A stretch of DNA of 64,000 nucleotides. Origin: Alphaproteobacteria bacterium. GTDB taxonomy: Bacteria; Pseudomonadota; Alphaproteobacteria; MPNO01; UBA830. Shown one piece after another: positions 32,738-41,088 of this stretch. The stretch is from the NCBI GenBank assembly GCA_965243135.1, contig OZ251539.1:4000001-4064000 (forward strand), given 5' to 3'. Both the position numbers and the translations under genes were made by a program. The notes beneath the pieces were generated by a model, which saw nothing but the letters and a program-made list of their open reading frames with translations, was not told the origin of the DNA and did not search any database. The first letter of the stretch is position 1; each line of letters starts with the position of its first letter.

Positions 32738-33139
32738 ATGACGAGACTCCTCGAAAAACCGTTTTCGCCTGGCGCCCTCGACACAGTCTCGAAATCCGCC
32801 GCCGGGTATCCGCCTTACGATATCGAACGCATCGGCGAGCAGAACACGCGCATCACGCTCGCCGTCGCCGGCTTCTCCCGGCGCGATCTCTCGGTCTCGA
32901 TCGAGAACGGGCAGTTGGTGATCCGCGGACGTCAGGAAGATCGACCGCAACGCAAGTTCCTTCATCGAGGCATCGCATCCCGCCGTTTCCAGCGCTCCTT
33001 CGTCCTAGCGGACGGCATCGAAGTCGTCGACGCGAAGTTGGACAACGGCCTTCTCCGCATCGATCTGAGGAGACCCGAAAGGGAAGCCGCGTCGCGTTCG
33101 ATCAGGATCCAGGCCGCGCACGCGGAAAAAACCTCCTGA
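32738..33139 (+). CDS. Small heat-shock protein Hsp20 (IbpA-like)
   Basis: GYPPYDIE, ITLAVAGF, FLHRGIASRRF, LDNGLLRIDL. Confidence 0.92.
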   Translation: MTRLLEKPFSPGALDTVSKSAAGYPPYDIERIGEQNTRITLAVAGFSRRDLSVSIENGQLVIRGRQEDRPQRKFLHRGIASRRFQRSFVLADGIEVVDAKLDNGLLRIDLRRPEREAASRSIRIQAAHAEKTS

Positions 33140-33182
33140 ACGGAAACCCCGAAGCGGCGAAACTGCAAACCGGAGACAGGAC

Positions 33183-33398
33183 ATGCAGGGCAGAGAACCA
33201 AGCATATCCAAGCGCGATCTGGCCGTGCTCGGCCTGCATCGGCTCGCCTATGTGAAACCGGTCCGCAGTGAAAACGACATGGTCCAGCTCGCCATTTACG
33301 CCGCCGACGGAACCCGGCTCGCGACCATGGACAACCAGCGTGACCTCGCGTTCGCGGCAATTCGGCAGCACGATCTCGAGCCGGTCAGCGTTCATTGA
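33183..33398 (+). CDS. DUF1150-family small protein
   Basis: LAYVKPV, IYAADGTRLA, AAIRQHDLEPVSVH; usual neighbour of hsp20 in alphaproteobacteria. Confidence 0.85.
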   Translation: MQGREPSISKRDLAVLGLHRLAYVKPVRSENDMVQLAIYAADGTRLATMDNQRDLAFAAIRQHDLEPVSVH

Positions 33399-33600
33399 GC
33401 GGACGGGGCCGGGGAAGAAAACGGCGACGCGCCGACGGCGGGGAAAAGGCGAAGCGTCATCCGCCAAGCATCGGAATTCGACAGTCGAGCGTCGCGGCAG
33501 ACCCACGAAATCAATGCGCGCTCTTCCTCCGCTTCCGGTATGTTCGTGTCCGGGAAGCGGGCATTCCGAACCGAACTTCGGAGGAGGCCGCGGCGCAGGC

Positions 33601-34785
33601 ATGGAATGGCCGGATATATCGTCGCGCATAAGGGTCGGGGAGGATCTGCGAACCGAGTTCAGGCGCGATCTCGACCTCGCCGCTGTGGGCGAGGCGATCT
33701 GCGCCTTCGCGAATACGGACGGCGGAGCAGTTATTCTTGGGGCCGAAGATTCGGGAAAGATCGTTGGCGTAGACGACAACCCGGAAGCGGTGCAGGAACG
33801 GTTGACCGGATTCCTGCAATCGGGTTTCAGCGCTCCGGTCGCGGCGCGCTGCGGGCGGCATCGGCATTCGAACGGCTGGGTGCACTGGATCGCGGTGCCC
33901 CGCATTCGCGGCTTCGACCCTCTTCGTTTCCGTGGACGATTTTACGTCCGACGCGCGCGGAGCAGCGTGGAGCCTTCTCCCCATGAACTTCAGGAGTTGT
34001 TCAATGTCTTCGGTTTCGTGTTTACCGAGAGGCAAACGATTCCAGCGGCGAGCGTCGAAGACATCGACATTCATGCGTTCCGTTCATTCCTGAGCGGTCG
34101 AGGCACGGAAAAAGAACCGCAACCCTGCGACGATTTACGCAATGCGCACGTTCTCCGCGATGCCGACGGAGCGTTGCGCCCCACCCTATACGGGCTTATG
34201 GCCTTCGGCAGAGATCCCCAAGCGTACCCGCACACGGGAAACTTCTGGATTCAGTGCACCGCGTATGCGGGCCGCGACAGAGCGTCGGAGGTAATTCTGG
34301 CCGGGGAAGGCAAGGGGCGTCTCGACGAGCAGGTGCGCCGAGCCCTCGGCTGGACCAAGAGCCTGGGGCGGACTGAAACCTACGCTGGCGTTCTCCGTGA
34401 AGACCGCCCGCTGATTCCCGAATCGGCGCTTCGCGAAGCGCTGGTGAATGCGGTCGTCCATCGCGACTACGCGATCGTCGGATCGCCCGTGATGCTTGAA
34501 GCGTTCTGCGACCGGGCTACGGTGACGAGTCCCGGCACGCTTCCCAACCGTATGACGGTCGAGAGCGTGCAGTTCGGCGGCTTGCCCCGCTCTCGCAACG
34601 AATGGATGGCGAACGCGATGGTCGTGGCGCGCCTGACGGAGGGCCGAGGTCTCGGATGGCTGCGGATGCGTCGCACGATGGAGGAATTCAACGGCACCGA
34701 ACCCGAGCTCGTCAACGACGAGGGCGGCAAGTTCGTCCGGGTAACGTTCCGGTTGAAGCCGCGGTCCGCCGAGAGCGAGACGTGA
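33601..34785 (+). CDS. Schlafen/AlbA_2 domain + HATPase_c_4 protein
   Basis: GEDLRTEF, ICAFANTDGG.VILG, ALREALVNAVVHRDY, VTSPGTLP, SRN, GRGLG. Confidence 0.88.
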   Translation: MEWPDISSRIRVGEDLRTEFRRDLDLAAVGEAICAFANTDGGAVILGAEDSGKIVGVDDNPEAVQERLTGFLQSGFSAPVAARCGRHRHSNGWVHWIAVPRIRGFDPLRFRGRFYVRRARSSVEPSPHELQELFNVFGFVFTERQTIPAASVEDIDIHAFRSFLSGRGTEKEPQPCDDLRNAHVLRDADGALRPTLYGLMAFGRDPQAYPHTGNFWIQCTAYAGRDRASEVILAGEGKGRLDEQVRRALGWTKSLGRTETYAGVLREDRPLIPESALREALVNAVVHRDYAIVGSPVMLEAFCDRATVTSPGTLPNRMTVESVQFGGLPRSRNEWMANAMVVARLTEGRGLGWLRMRRTMEEFNGTEPELVNDEGGKFVRVTFRLKPRSAESET

Positions 34786-35804
34786 CGCCCAGGCGGCGCG
34801 GGCCGTTGCCGATTGCAGCGTTCCCTTGCAAGAGCATCGACCGGTTCGCCATCGGCGCCAAAGGCGGCGCAGCGGCCGGAGCGAACCGGATTCTCCATGA
34901 AGGCAGAGAGAAACGCAGGGCGGCTCGGCGAGGCGCTTTGCGCCGCCGGGACGATAGGCCGCTCCATTCGCCGGGTGGTTCGTCTGCGGGCGGCGCCTGC
35001 CCGCTCGGTGGCGATCTTTCGGCCCGCAGCCTCGTCCTGATCGTCGAGGCAAGCGCGCCATTCAAGGCCGGAATCCGGAATCTCCACGTTACCGGATGAC
35101 CGGCGAACAGAACGTGAGGCAGTCAACTTGTCCAGGAAAACGCCGACAAACGAAACCCGAGCCGCACCGCCGCGGCGACCAAGCGGCTTCTTGCGATCAG
35201 GCTGTTTCTCGTTACGCCGAACCTCCGGGATCCGTCGCGCCAATTCGCCGCGCAACCCCGGACGAAACGGAGGCCGCCGCGAGGACGGAAGCGCAGCAGC
35301 TGCGGTCGCCGGGAATCAGGAGAGTCGAGGCATGCATAGCGCGCCCCGGGATAACGAACCGCTGGCGTTTCCTGCGTCGTTGGAAACGCTGCGAACCGGA
35401 ACATCCCGGAGGCCGAGATGGAGCGAATTTTCGGGGTGAACGCGAAAGCCCTCGCCTGCCGCCGGAAATCTTCGACGACGCATCGGCGATTCTTGGGTCG
35501 CAGACGGCGCGTACTCCGTACCCAAGCCGCAACGAGTCTGGACGCCCGCCGTCGGCTCCTTCCCGCCCAAGCGCGGTTCCGGAAGCCGGAGTTTCAGGGA
35601 GGCGGAGAGAGTTTCATGCGCGGAAGAGCCGTGCGGCGGGTCGCCAAGCGACGAACCCGCCACTGGCGGAAACCGACCTTCGCGTCAGTCTGCGTTCGTT
35701 CCGGCAGCCTCGCTCTGGCCGCGCCGGACGAACGGATTCTTGTCTGCATGACGCGGCGGCGTTCGAACGGGGGCAGCCGCCGCCCCGGAACCCCGTTCAC
35801 GCGG

Positions 35805-35840
35805 AAAAAAGAAAGGGGGGCGACTTTCGCCGCCCCCCTT
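35805..35840 (-). terminator. Rho-independent terminator of porin A
   Basis: Minus strand AAGGGGGGCGGCGAAAGTCGCCCCCCTT hairpin followed by a U-rich tract. Confidence 0.8.
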
Positions 35841-35863
35841 CGGTGCGTTCCGTCCGGTTCGGA

Positions 35864-36946
35864 CTAGAAGGCGACCTTGATGCCCGTGGTGTAGGCAGTG
35901 CCGTCCTGGGACTCGCTGCCCGCCTCGTATTCCGCCCACAGGGCGTCGAGCGACCACGTCACGCCCGCCCCGAGGCTGCGCGAATACGACAGCCGGCCCG
36001 CCGAGGTTTCCCGCTCCATCTTCTCGAGGTGGATGTAGCCCAAGGAGACGGCGTGCGGCCCCCAGGAGTAGCGTCCGCCGATGTCCCAGCGGTCGAGTTC
36101 GTCGCCGCCAGCTTTCGTGACTTCGTTATGCCGCACGTAACCGACGCCGACCTTGACGCCCGAGAAATCGACCCACAGGCCGCCGCCCCAGTTCTGCGGA
36201 TCGTCATCCATCGTACTCTGAGCATCCGCCGTGACGTAGCCGAAAGCTGCGCCGACCTTGGTGTCGCCGTGTTTCTGGTTATAGTTCACCGCGGCCGCGA
36301 CGATGTCTTTCGCCCCCATCGCCGTACTGTGCAGTTGTTTGCTGTCCTCGGCACCGGATCGCGAATAGGAGACGCCCATCTGGAAGCCGTTGAAGCGCGG
36401 CGTGTAGTAGGCCACGGTATCGCTGTCGCTGCTGATGTTCACGCGACCGCTCGCGGCACCGAGCGCATCGTCCGCCTTGGTATCTGTCGCTGCTCCAAGG
36501 TTGTTCGGAATCCAGTCGCCGACGTCGAATTCCAGCGTCTGGTTGCCGGTGCCGGTGGAAACGCTGCCGTGATAGCCGAACGTCATCTCGTAGCCGGCCT
36601 CGTCAAGGGCGCCGATCTGGATCTGGCCGAAGTCGCCCGAGACGAAGAACTTGGTCTCGTCGGTGGGGTCGGAGCTACCATCGATGTTGCCTTCGAGCTC
36701 GACCACCGTCGAAATGGTGATGCCGTTGTCCAGCGGCGCCTTGCCCTTGAAGTGGACTTCGACGTCCTGCTGCACGCCGATGCCGTCCTGGCCGTCGACA
36801 TCGTTGTCGCCGACGCCGACATTGGCTTCCCAGTAAGCGCTCATGGACAGCGACGGCTTCATCTTGTCCTGCGCGACGGCCGCGCCCGACAAGGCCAGTG
36901 CGCCGACGGCCGCCAGCGCAGTGGATGCGAGGAGATGTTTCTTCAT
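35864..36946 (-). CDS. Porin A (alphaproteobacterial Gram-negative porin)
   Basis: MKKHLLASTAL signal peptide; EVHFKG..LDNG, VELEG, YYTPRFNGFQMGVSY; terminal Phe. Confidence 0.92.
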   Translation of the reverse strand: MKKHLLASTALAAVGALALSGAAVAQDKMKPSLSMSAYWEANVGVGDNDVDGQDGIGVQQDVEVHFKGKAPLDNGITISTVVELEGNIDGSSDPTDETKFFVSGDFGQIQIGALDEAGYEMTFGYHGSVSTGTGNQTLEFDVGDWIPNNLGAATDTKADDALGAASGRVNISSDSDTVAYYTPRFNGFQMGVSYSRSGAEDSKQLHSTAMGAKDIVAAAVNYNQKHGDTKVGAAFGYVTADAQSTMDDDPQNWGGGLWVDFSGVKVGVGYVRHNEVTKAGGDELDRWDIGGRYSWGPHAVSLGYIHLEKMERETSAGRLSYSRSLGAGVTWSLDALWAEYEAGSESQDGTAYTTGIKVAF

Positions 36947-36986
36947 GGATCCCTCCGAAACATGGTCAAACACAAAGAGGGAAACG
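36880..36986. repeat. Left arm of 107-bp inverted repeat (porin 5' UTR + signal peptide)
   Basis: Reverse complement matches 39868-39974 with one mismatch. Confidence 0.92.
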
Positions 36987-37070
36987 CCGGATCATTTCGC
37001 AGCACCGCCCTCAACCTTGATCGCAGCAGGCACCCTTCCGAAGCAGACGCTTGCCGCGTTCACAAGGATG

Positions 37071-37154
37071 CTTTTACGCCGAAACGGTCGCCGTCTCAAG
37101 AGCCAGCGCATACCGTTGCAAAAAAAGGACACAGACTGTGGCATTTTTGCAACA
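37071..37154 (-). promoter_or_regulatory. Putative porin promoter with upstream imperfect palindrome
   Basis: Minus strand TTGAGA-17nt-TAAAAG (37099-37071); TGTTGC-AAAAAT-GCCACA at 37137-37154. Confidence 0.45.
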
Positions 37155-37327
37155 TCCGGAATCCTGAGGAGCGGGCATCCATCCTGCCGCGCCGTACGGC
37201 GAAGCGAACATGGGCCGGCGGAGCGGCGATGCGTGCGCACCCGGAGGCGTCCGTCGTCTCCCGAGAGATCCAGGCGTTCCAGCGGCAGCGCCCTGCTTGA
37301 CGGCAGGCGTCAACCGAACGCGGCCGG

Positions 37328-38524
37328 TCACCATGGGCGTTCCGGCGCGTCTTTCGAAATCGCCGGGCGGGAAGACGCAGGAGAACCCGTCGGCTGCTTC
37401 CCTTCCATGGCGGCGGAGATGGCGGCGCCTACCCGCTCGGCCGCCGCTTCGACCTCGCGGTCGGCGACATGCGCGTACCGCAGCGTCGTCCGGACTTGCC
37501 TGTGGCCGAGAAGCCTTGCGACGACCGGCAGCGAAACGCCTCGCAACACCGCCTGACTGGCGAAGGTGTGGCGCAAATCGTGCAGCCGCGCATCTTCGAT
37601 TCCGGCCTGTCGCCTTACCCTGTACCAGAGCGGGAGATTGTCCGAGCAGGGCCGCGCGGGATTCGAAGGAGAGGGGAAAACGTACGGGCTTTCCGTTCGC
37701 GGCTGGCGTTCGAGTATCCGGCGAGCCGCGGCGTTCAGGAGAACCTTGCGCGGTCCCGTCTTGCTGTCCCCGAGATTGAGCATGTCTCCGTCGAAGTCCC
37801 GCCAGCGCAGCCCGACGATCTCTCCCTTGCGGCAACCGGTCAACAGCAGAAGGCGGATCATGTCCGCCTGGCGGCTCGTTCTCTCGTTCGCGTAACCGTC
37901 CAGAACCCGATGCAGGCGGCGGATTTCCTCTCGCGAAAGGAACCGGGTGAGCTTGCGGCGCGGGTTCGGTTTCACGCACCGGGCCGGGTTTGACTCTATG
38001 AAGGCGCAGGCGATCGCGTAGTTCAAAATCTGGCGCAGCGTCTTGAGCGCCTTGTTGGCTCCGTCCGGAGCGGTCAGGCTGTAGGCGTCGAACCACGCTT
38101 CGATCCCGATCCGGACGATCCGATGGAGCGGCAGGCTTCCGAAAACCGGCAGCAACTGGGTTTCGAGAATGCAATCGACGCCTTTTTTCGTCGACGGCTT
38201 GTACCGGTCATAGCAGGCGGTCTTCCAAAGCCCCGCGACGAACTCCCGGAACGGCGGAGACGAATTCGGGGGAGCGGGCACCTCGGTACCTGCGAGGACG
38301 AGGCATTCGCGGCGCGCGGAGCCGACGCTTTTCAACGCCGCCGGACCGAGCGAAAACTTCCTCGCCCGGTCGCCGGACCTGCAGCAGCACACGTAGCTCC
38401 GGCTTCCAGCGGGCCGGACCCTGACGCCGAATCCCGCCGCCCGCGCATCCCAGACCGTGTACTCCCTGCTTTCCGGTTTGAGCCGGGCGACGCCGGCGTC
38501 CGTCAAACGCATTCTCCTCGCCAT
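37328..38524 (-). CDS. Tyrosine recombinase/integrase with arm-binding N-terminal domain (second of pair)
   Basis: VWDARAAGFGVRV; LLLLTGCRKGEI, DSKTG, HDLRHTFAS, LLGH, TLRYAH: full catalytic set. Confidence 0.93.
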   Translation of the reverse strand: MARRMRLTDAGVARLKPESREYTVWDARAAGFGVRVRPAGSRSYVCCCRSGDRARKFSLGPAALKSVGSARRECLVLAGTEVPAPPNSSPPFREFVAGLWKTACYDRYKPSTKKGVDCILETQLLPVFGSLPLHRIVRIGIEAWFDAYSLTAPDGANKALKTLRQILNYAIACAFIESNPARCVKPNPRRKLTRFLSREEIRRLHRVLDGYANERTSRQADMIRLLLLTGCRKGEIVGLRWRDFDGDMLNLGDSKTGPRKVLLNAAARRILERQPRTESPYVFPSPSNPARPCSDNLPLWYRVRRQAGIEDARLHDLRHTFASQAVLRGVSLPVVARLLGHRQVRTTLRYAHVADREVEAAAERVGAAISAAMEGKQPTGSPASSRPAISKDAPERPW

Positions 38525-38527
38525 CTT

Positions 38528-39625
38528 TCAGCCTTCCAGAATCTCGCCGACGGCCTCTACGGCCTGGCGGACCGCCGCATCGGCCAAATGAGCGTATTTG
38601 AGGGTGCTCGCCGGATCGCGATGTCCGAGCAATCGTCCGATGGTGAGCACCGTCTCGCCTTGCGCGAGGGCCATGCTGGCGTACGTGTGGCGCAAGTCGT
38701 GCAGTCGGATGTCGCCCAGACCCGCTTCCTCTCGAATTTTCCGCCAGAAGCGTCCGAGCGACTTCTTATCCACGGTCGCTCCGCGCAAGTGGAAGACCTG
38801 CTTCCCCTCTTGATCCAGCCCCGCCAGCAGTTCGCGGGCGGCGGCGGATAGCCAGACGGTTCGCGGTCCTGTCTTTCCATCCGCAAGAAACAGCTTGCCG
38901 TCGCGGTAGTCGGTCCATTTCAGGCTCATGATCTCGCTCTTGCGGCACCCCGTCAGAAGCAACAGCCTGATCGCCGCCACATGGAGCGGCTTCGCTCCGT
39001 CGTGGCGAGCCAGCGCCGCAGCCAGACGGCCGATTTCGTCCGTCGACATGAAACGTTCCCGGCCTGCGCCGCCGTATCGCTTGATCCCCCTGCACGGATT
39101 GCTGTCCTCCGGCCTGTAGCCGTAAAGCTCTGCCTGCCGCATGATGACGGAGAGAATCGGGATGGAACGATCCGCCGCCGCCGGCGTCTCGCGCAGCGAG
39201 GCGAACCATTGCCTGACGTCCTCCTTCGCGATCTCGGCAATGCGTTTCCCCTTGAACCACGGCAGGATCTTGCTCCGATAGTTGCTGCAATTCACTGCAA
39301 GGGTGCCGGCTTTCCAGCGGCGGCCGTAACGCCGAAACGCTTCCTCTGCGACGGCCTCGAAAAGAGTTTCCCCGGCCGGGGGTTCGTGCCTGATCGCGGA
39401 CAAGGCCGCGGCTGCGCTCGATCGGGCCTCGTCGGCGCTGACGGTCTCGGCTCCGCCCAGGGATTTCCAGATGCGCCTGCCGTCGCGCTGGCTGTGCAGG
39501 AAGTAGCTCTTCTTTCCCGAAGGGCCGACCCGTACGCCGAAACCCCTCAGGTCGGCGTCCCGGACTTCGTAGACGGTTTTGCGCGGCTTGAGAGCGTCGA
39601 CGCGGCGCTGGGTAAGATGACGCAT
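38528..39625 (-). CDS. Tyrosine recombinase/integrase with arm-binding N-terminal domain (first of pair)
   Basis: VRDADLRGFGVRV; LLLLTGCRKSEI, DGKTG, HDLRHTYAS, LLGH, TLKYAH; 3 bp from the next integrase. Confidence 0.93.
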   Translation of the reverse strand: MRHLTQRRVDALKPRKTVYEVRDADLRGFGVRVGPSGKKSYFLHSQRDGRRIWKSLGGAETVSADEARSSAAAALSAIRHEPPAGETLFEAVAEEAFRRYGRRWKAGTLAVNCSNYRSKILPWFKGKRIAEIAKEDVRQWFASLRETPAAADRSIPILSVIMRQAELYGYRPEDSNPCRGIKRYGGAGRERFMSTDEIGRLAAALARHDGAKPLHVAAIRLLLLTGCRKSEIMSLKWTDYRDGKLFLADGKTGPRTVWLSAAARELLAGLDQEGKQVFHLRGATVDKKSLGRFWRKIREEAGLGDIRLHDLRHTYASMALAQGETVLTIGRLLGHRDPASTLKYAHLADAAVRQAVEAVGEILEG

Positions 39626-39867
39626 GCGCTTTTCCCTATGCAATCGGTTGCAGTCGGGGCAAGCGCCGCTTGGGGTCGCAATCGCACCAAAAAGCGCTGC
39701 ACGGCCTAAGCTCCTCGGCGCGGACTCCCGTCGGCCGGGTTATGACCGCTTCCCGGAGATCCGTTGCAGATGGGGCGAAAAAGCGCCCTGTTTCGAGCTT
39801 TCGGCTTATTCGCGCCGAAAAAAAGAAACCCGCATTTCAACGAGTTAGACCGAGGCAGCGTTTCGGA

Positions 39868-39974
39868 CGTTTCCCTCTTTGTGTTTGACCATGTTTCGGA
39901 GGGATCCATGAAGAAACATCTCCTTGCATCCACTGCGCTGGCGGCCGTCGGCGCACTGGCCTTGTCGGGCGCGG
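39868..39974. repeat. Right arm of 107-bp inverted repeat
   Basis: CGTTTCCCTCTTTGTGTTTGACCATGTTTCGGAGGGATCCATGAAGAAACATCTCC...GGGCGCGG. Confidence 0.92.
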
Positions 39975-40969
39975 ATGCCGCGCAGGACAAGAAGACGACG
40001 GAGCCGTCGCTTACCGTTAGCGGCAACTGGGAAGCCAACGTCGGCGTCGCCGACAACGATGTCGACGGCGAGGACGGCATCGGCGTGCAGCAGGACGTCG
40101 AAGTCCACTTCAACGGCGGGGTGGTTCTGGACAACGGCATCACCGTTTCGACGGTGGTCGAGCTCGAAGGCAACACCACAGGCGACACCATCGACGAGAC
40201 CAGGTTCGTCGTCTCGGGCGACTTCGGACAGATCCAGATCGGCAGCATCGACGAGGCCAGCTACGAGATGACGTTCGGCTATCACGGCTCCACTGGAAAC
40301 AGAAACACCGGCAACCAGACGCTGGAATTCGACGTCGGCGGGTGGGTTCCGAACAGCATCGACGGTCTCGGAGCCTCGGCCGGTCGCGTGAACCTCACCA
40401 ACGACGCCGATACCGTCGCCTACTACACGCCGCGCTTCAACGGCTTCCAGATGGGCGTCTCCTATTCGCGGTCGGCTGCTGCGGGGGACAGCGCACACTT
40501 GCACACTACGGCGGGTATGATGAAGGACATCGTCGCGGCCGCCATCAACTACAACCAGAGGCACGGCGACACCGGGGTCGGCGCGGCTTTCGGCTACGTC
40601 ACGGCGAATGAGCCGAATCCGGCGATGGACGATCCCCAGAACTGGGGCGGCGGCCTCTGGGTCGATTTCTCGGGCGTCAGTGTCGGCGTCGGTTACGTGC
40701 GGCATAACGAAGTCACGAGAGCTGGCGGCGACGAACTCGACCGCTGGGATATCGGCGGACGCTACTCCTGGGGGCCGAACGCCGTCTCCTTGGGCTACAT
40801 CCACCTTGAAAGGATGGAAGAGGAAACGGCGGCGGGCAAACTGTCGTATTCGCGCGGCCTCGGGGCGGGCGCGACATGGTCGCTCGACGCCCTGTGGGCG
40901 GAATACGAGGTGGGCAGCGAGTCCCAGGACGGCACCGCCTACACCACAGGCATCAGGTGGCGCTTCTAG
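39908..40969 (+). CDS. Porin B, paralogue of porin A
   Basis: Same signal peptide and conserved strand motifs as porin A; differences cluster in short loop-like blocks. Confidence 0.92.
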   Translation: MKKHLLASTALAAVGALALSGADAAQDKKTTEPSLTVSGNWEANVGVADNDVDGEDGIGVQQDVEVHFNGGVVLDNGITVSTVVELEGNTTGDTIDETRFVVSGDFGQIQIGSIDEASYEMTFGYHGSTGNRNTGNQTLEFDVGGWVPNSIDGLGASAGRVNLTNDADTVAYYTPRFNGFQMGVSYSRSAAAGDSAHLHTTAGMMKDIVAAAINYNQRHGDTGVGAAFGYVTANEPNPAMDDPQNWGGGLWVDFSGVSVGVGYVRHNEVTRAGGDELDRWDIGGRYSWGPNAVSLGYIHLERMEEETAAGKLSYSRGLGAGATWSLDALWAEYEVGSESQDGTAYTTGIRWRF

Positions 40970-40982
40970 TCCGGACCGGACG

Positions 40983-41016
40983 GAAGGAAGCGGCGAAAGC
41001 CGCTTCCTTCATTTTG
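40983..41016 (+). terminator. Rho-independent terminator of porin B
   Basis: GAAGGAAGCGGC-GAAA-GCCGCTTCCTTC followed by ATTTTG. Confidence 0.8.
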
Positions 41017-41088
41017 GCTGAGTCGCTTCCGCGGTGCTTTTCAATCAAGCAGAAGGCTTCTTCTTTTTATGAATCCTGCGGCAGTTTA

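Noticed and set aside
40950-40969. Distinct porin B C-terminus (IRWRF vs IKVAF) as a functional variant
   Set aside because: It can be explained by a compensating -1/+1 indel pair within a few codons and may be a sequencing artefact.
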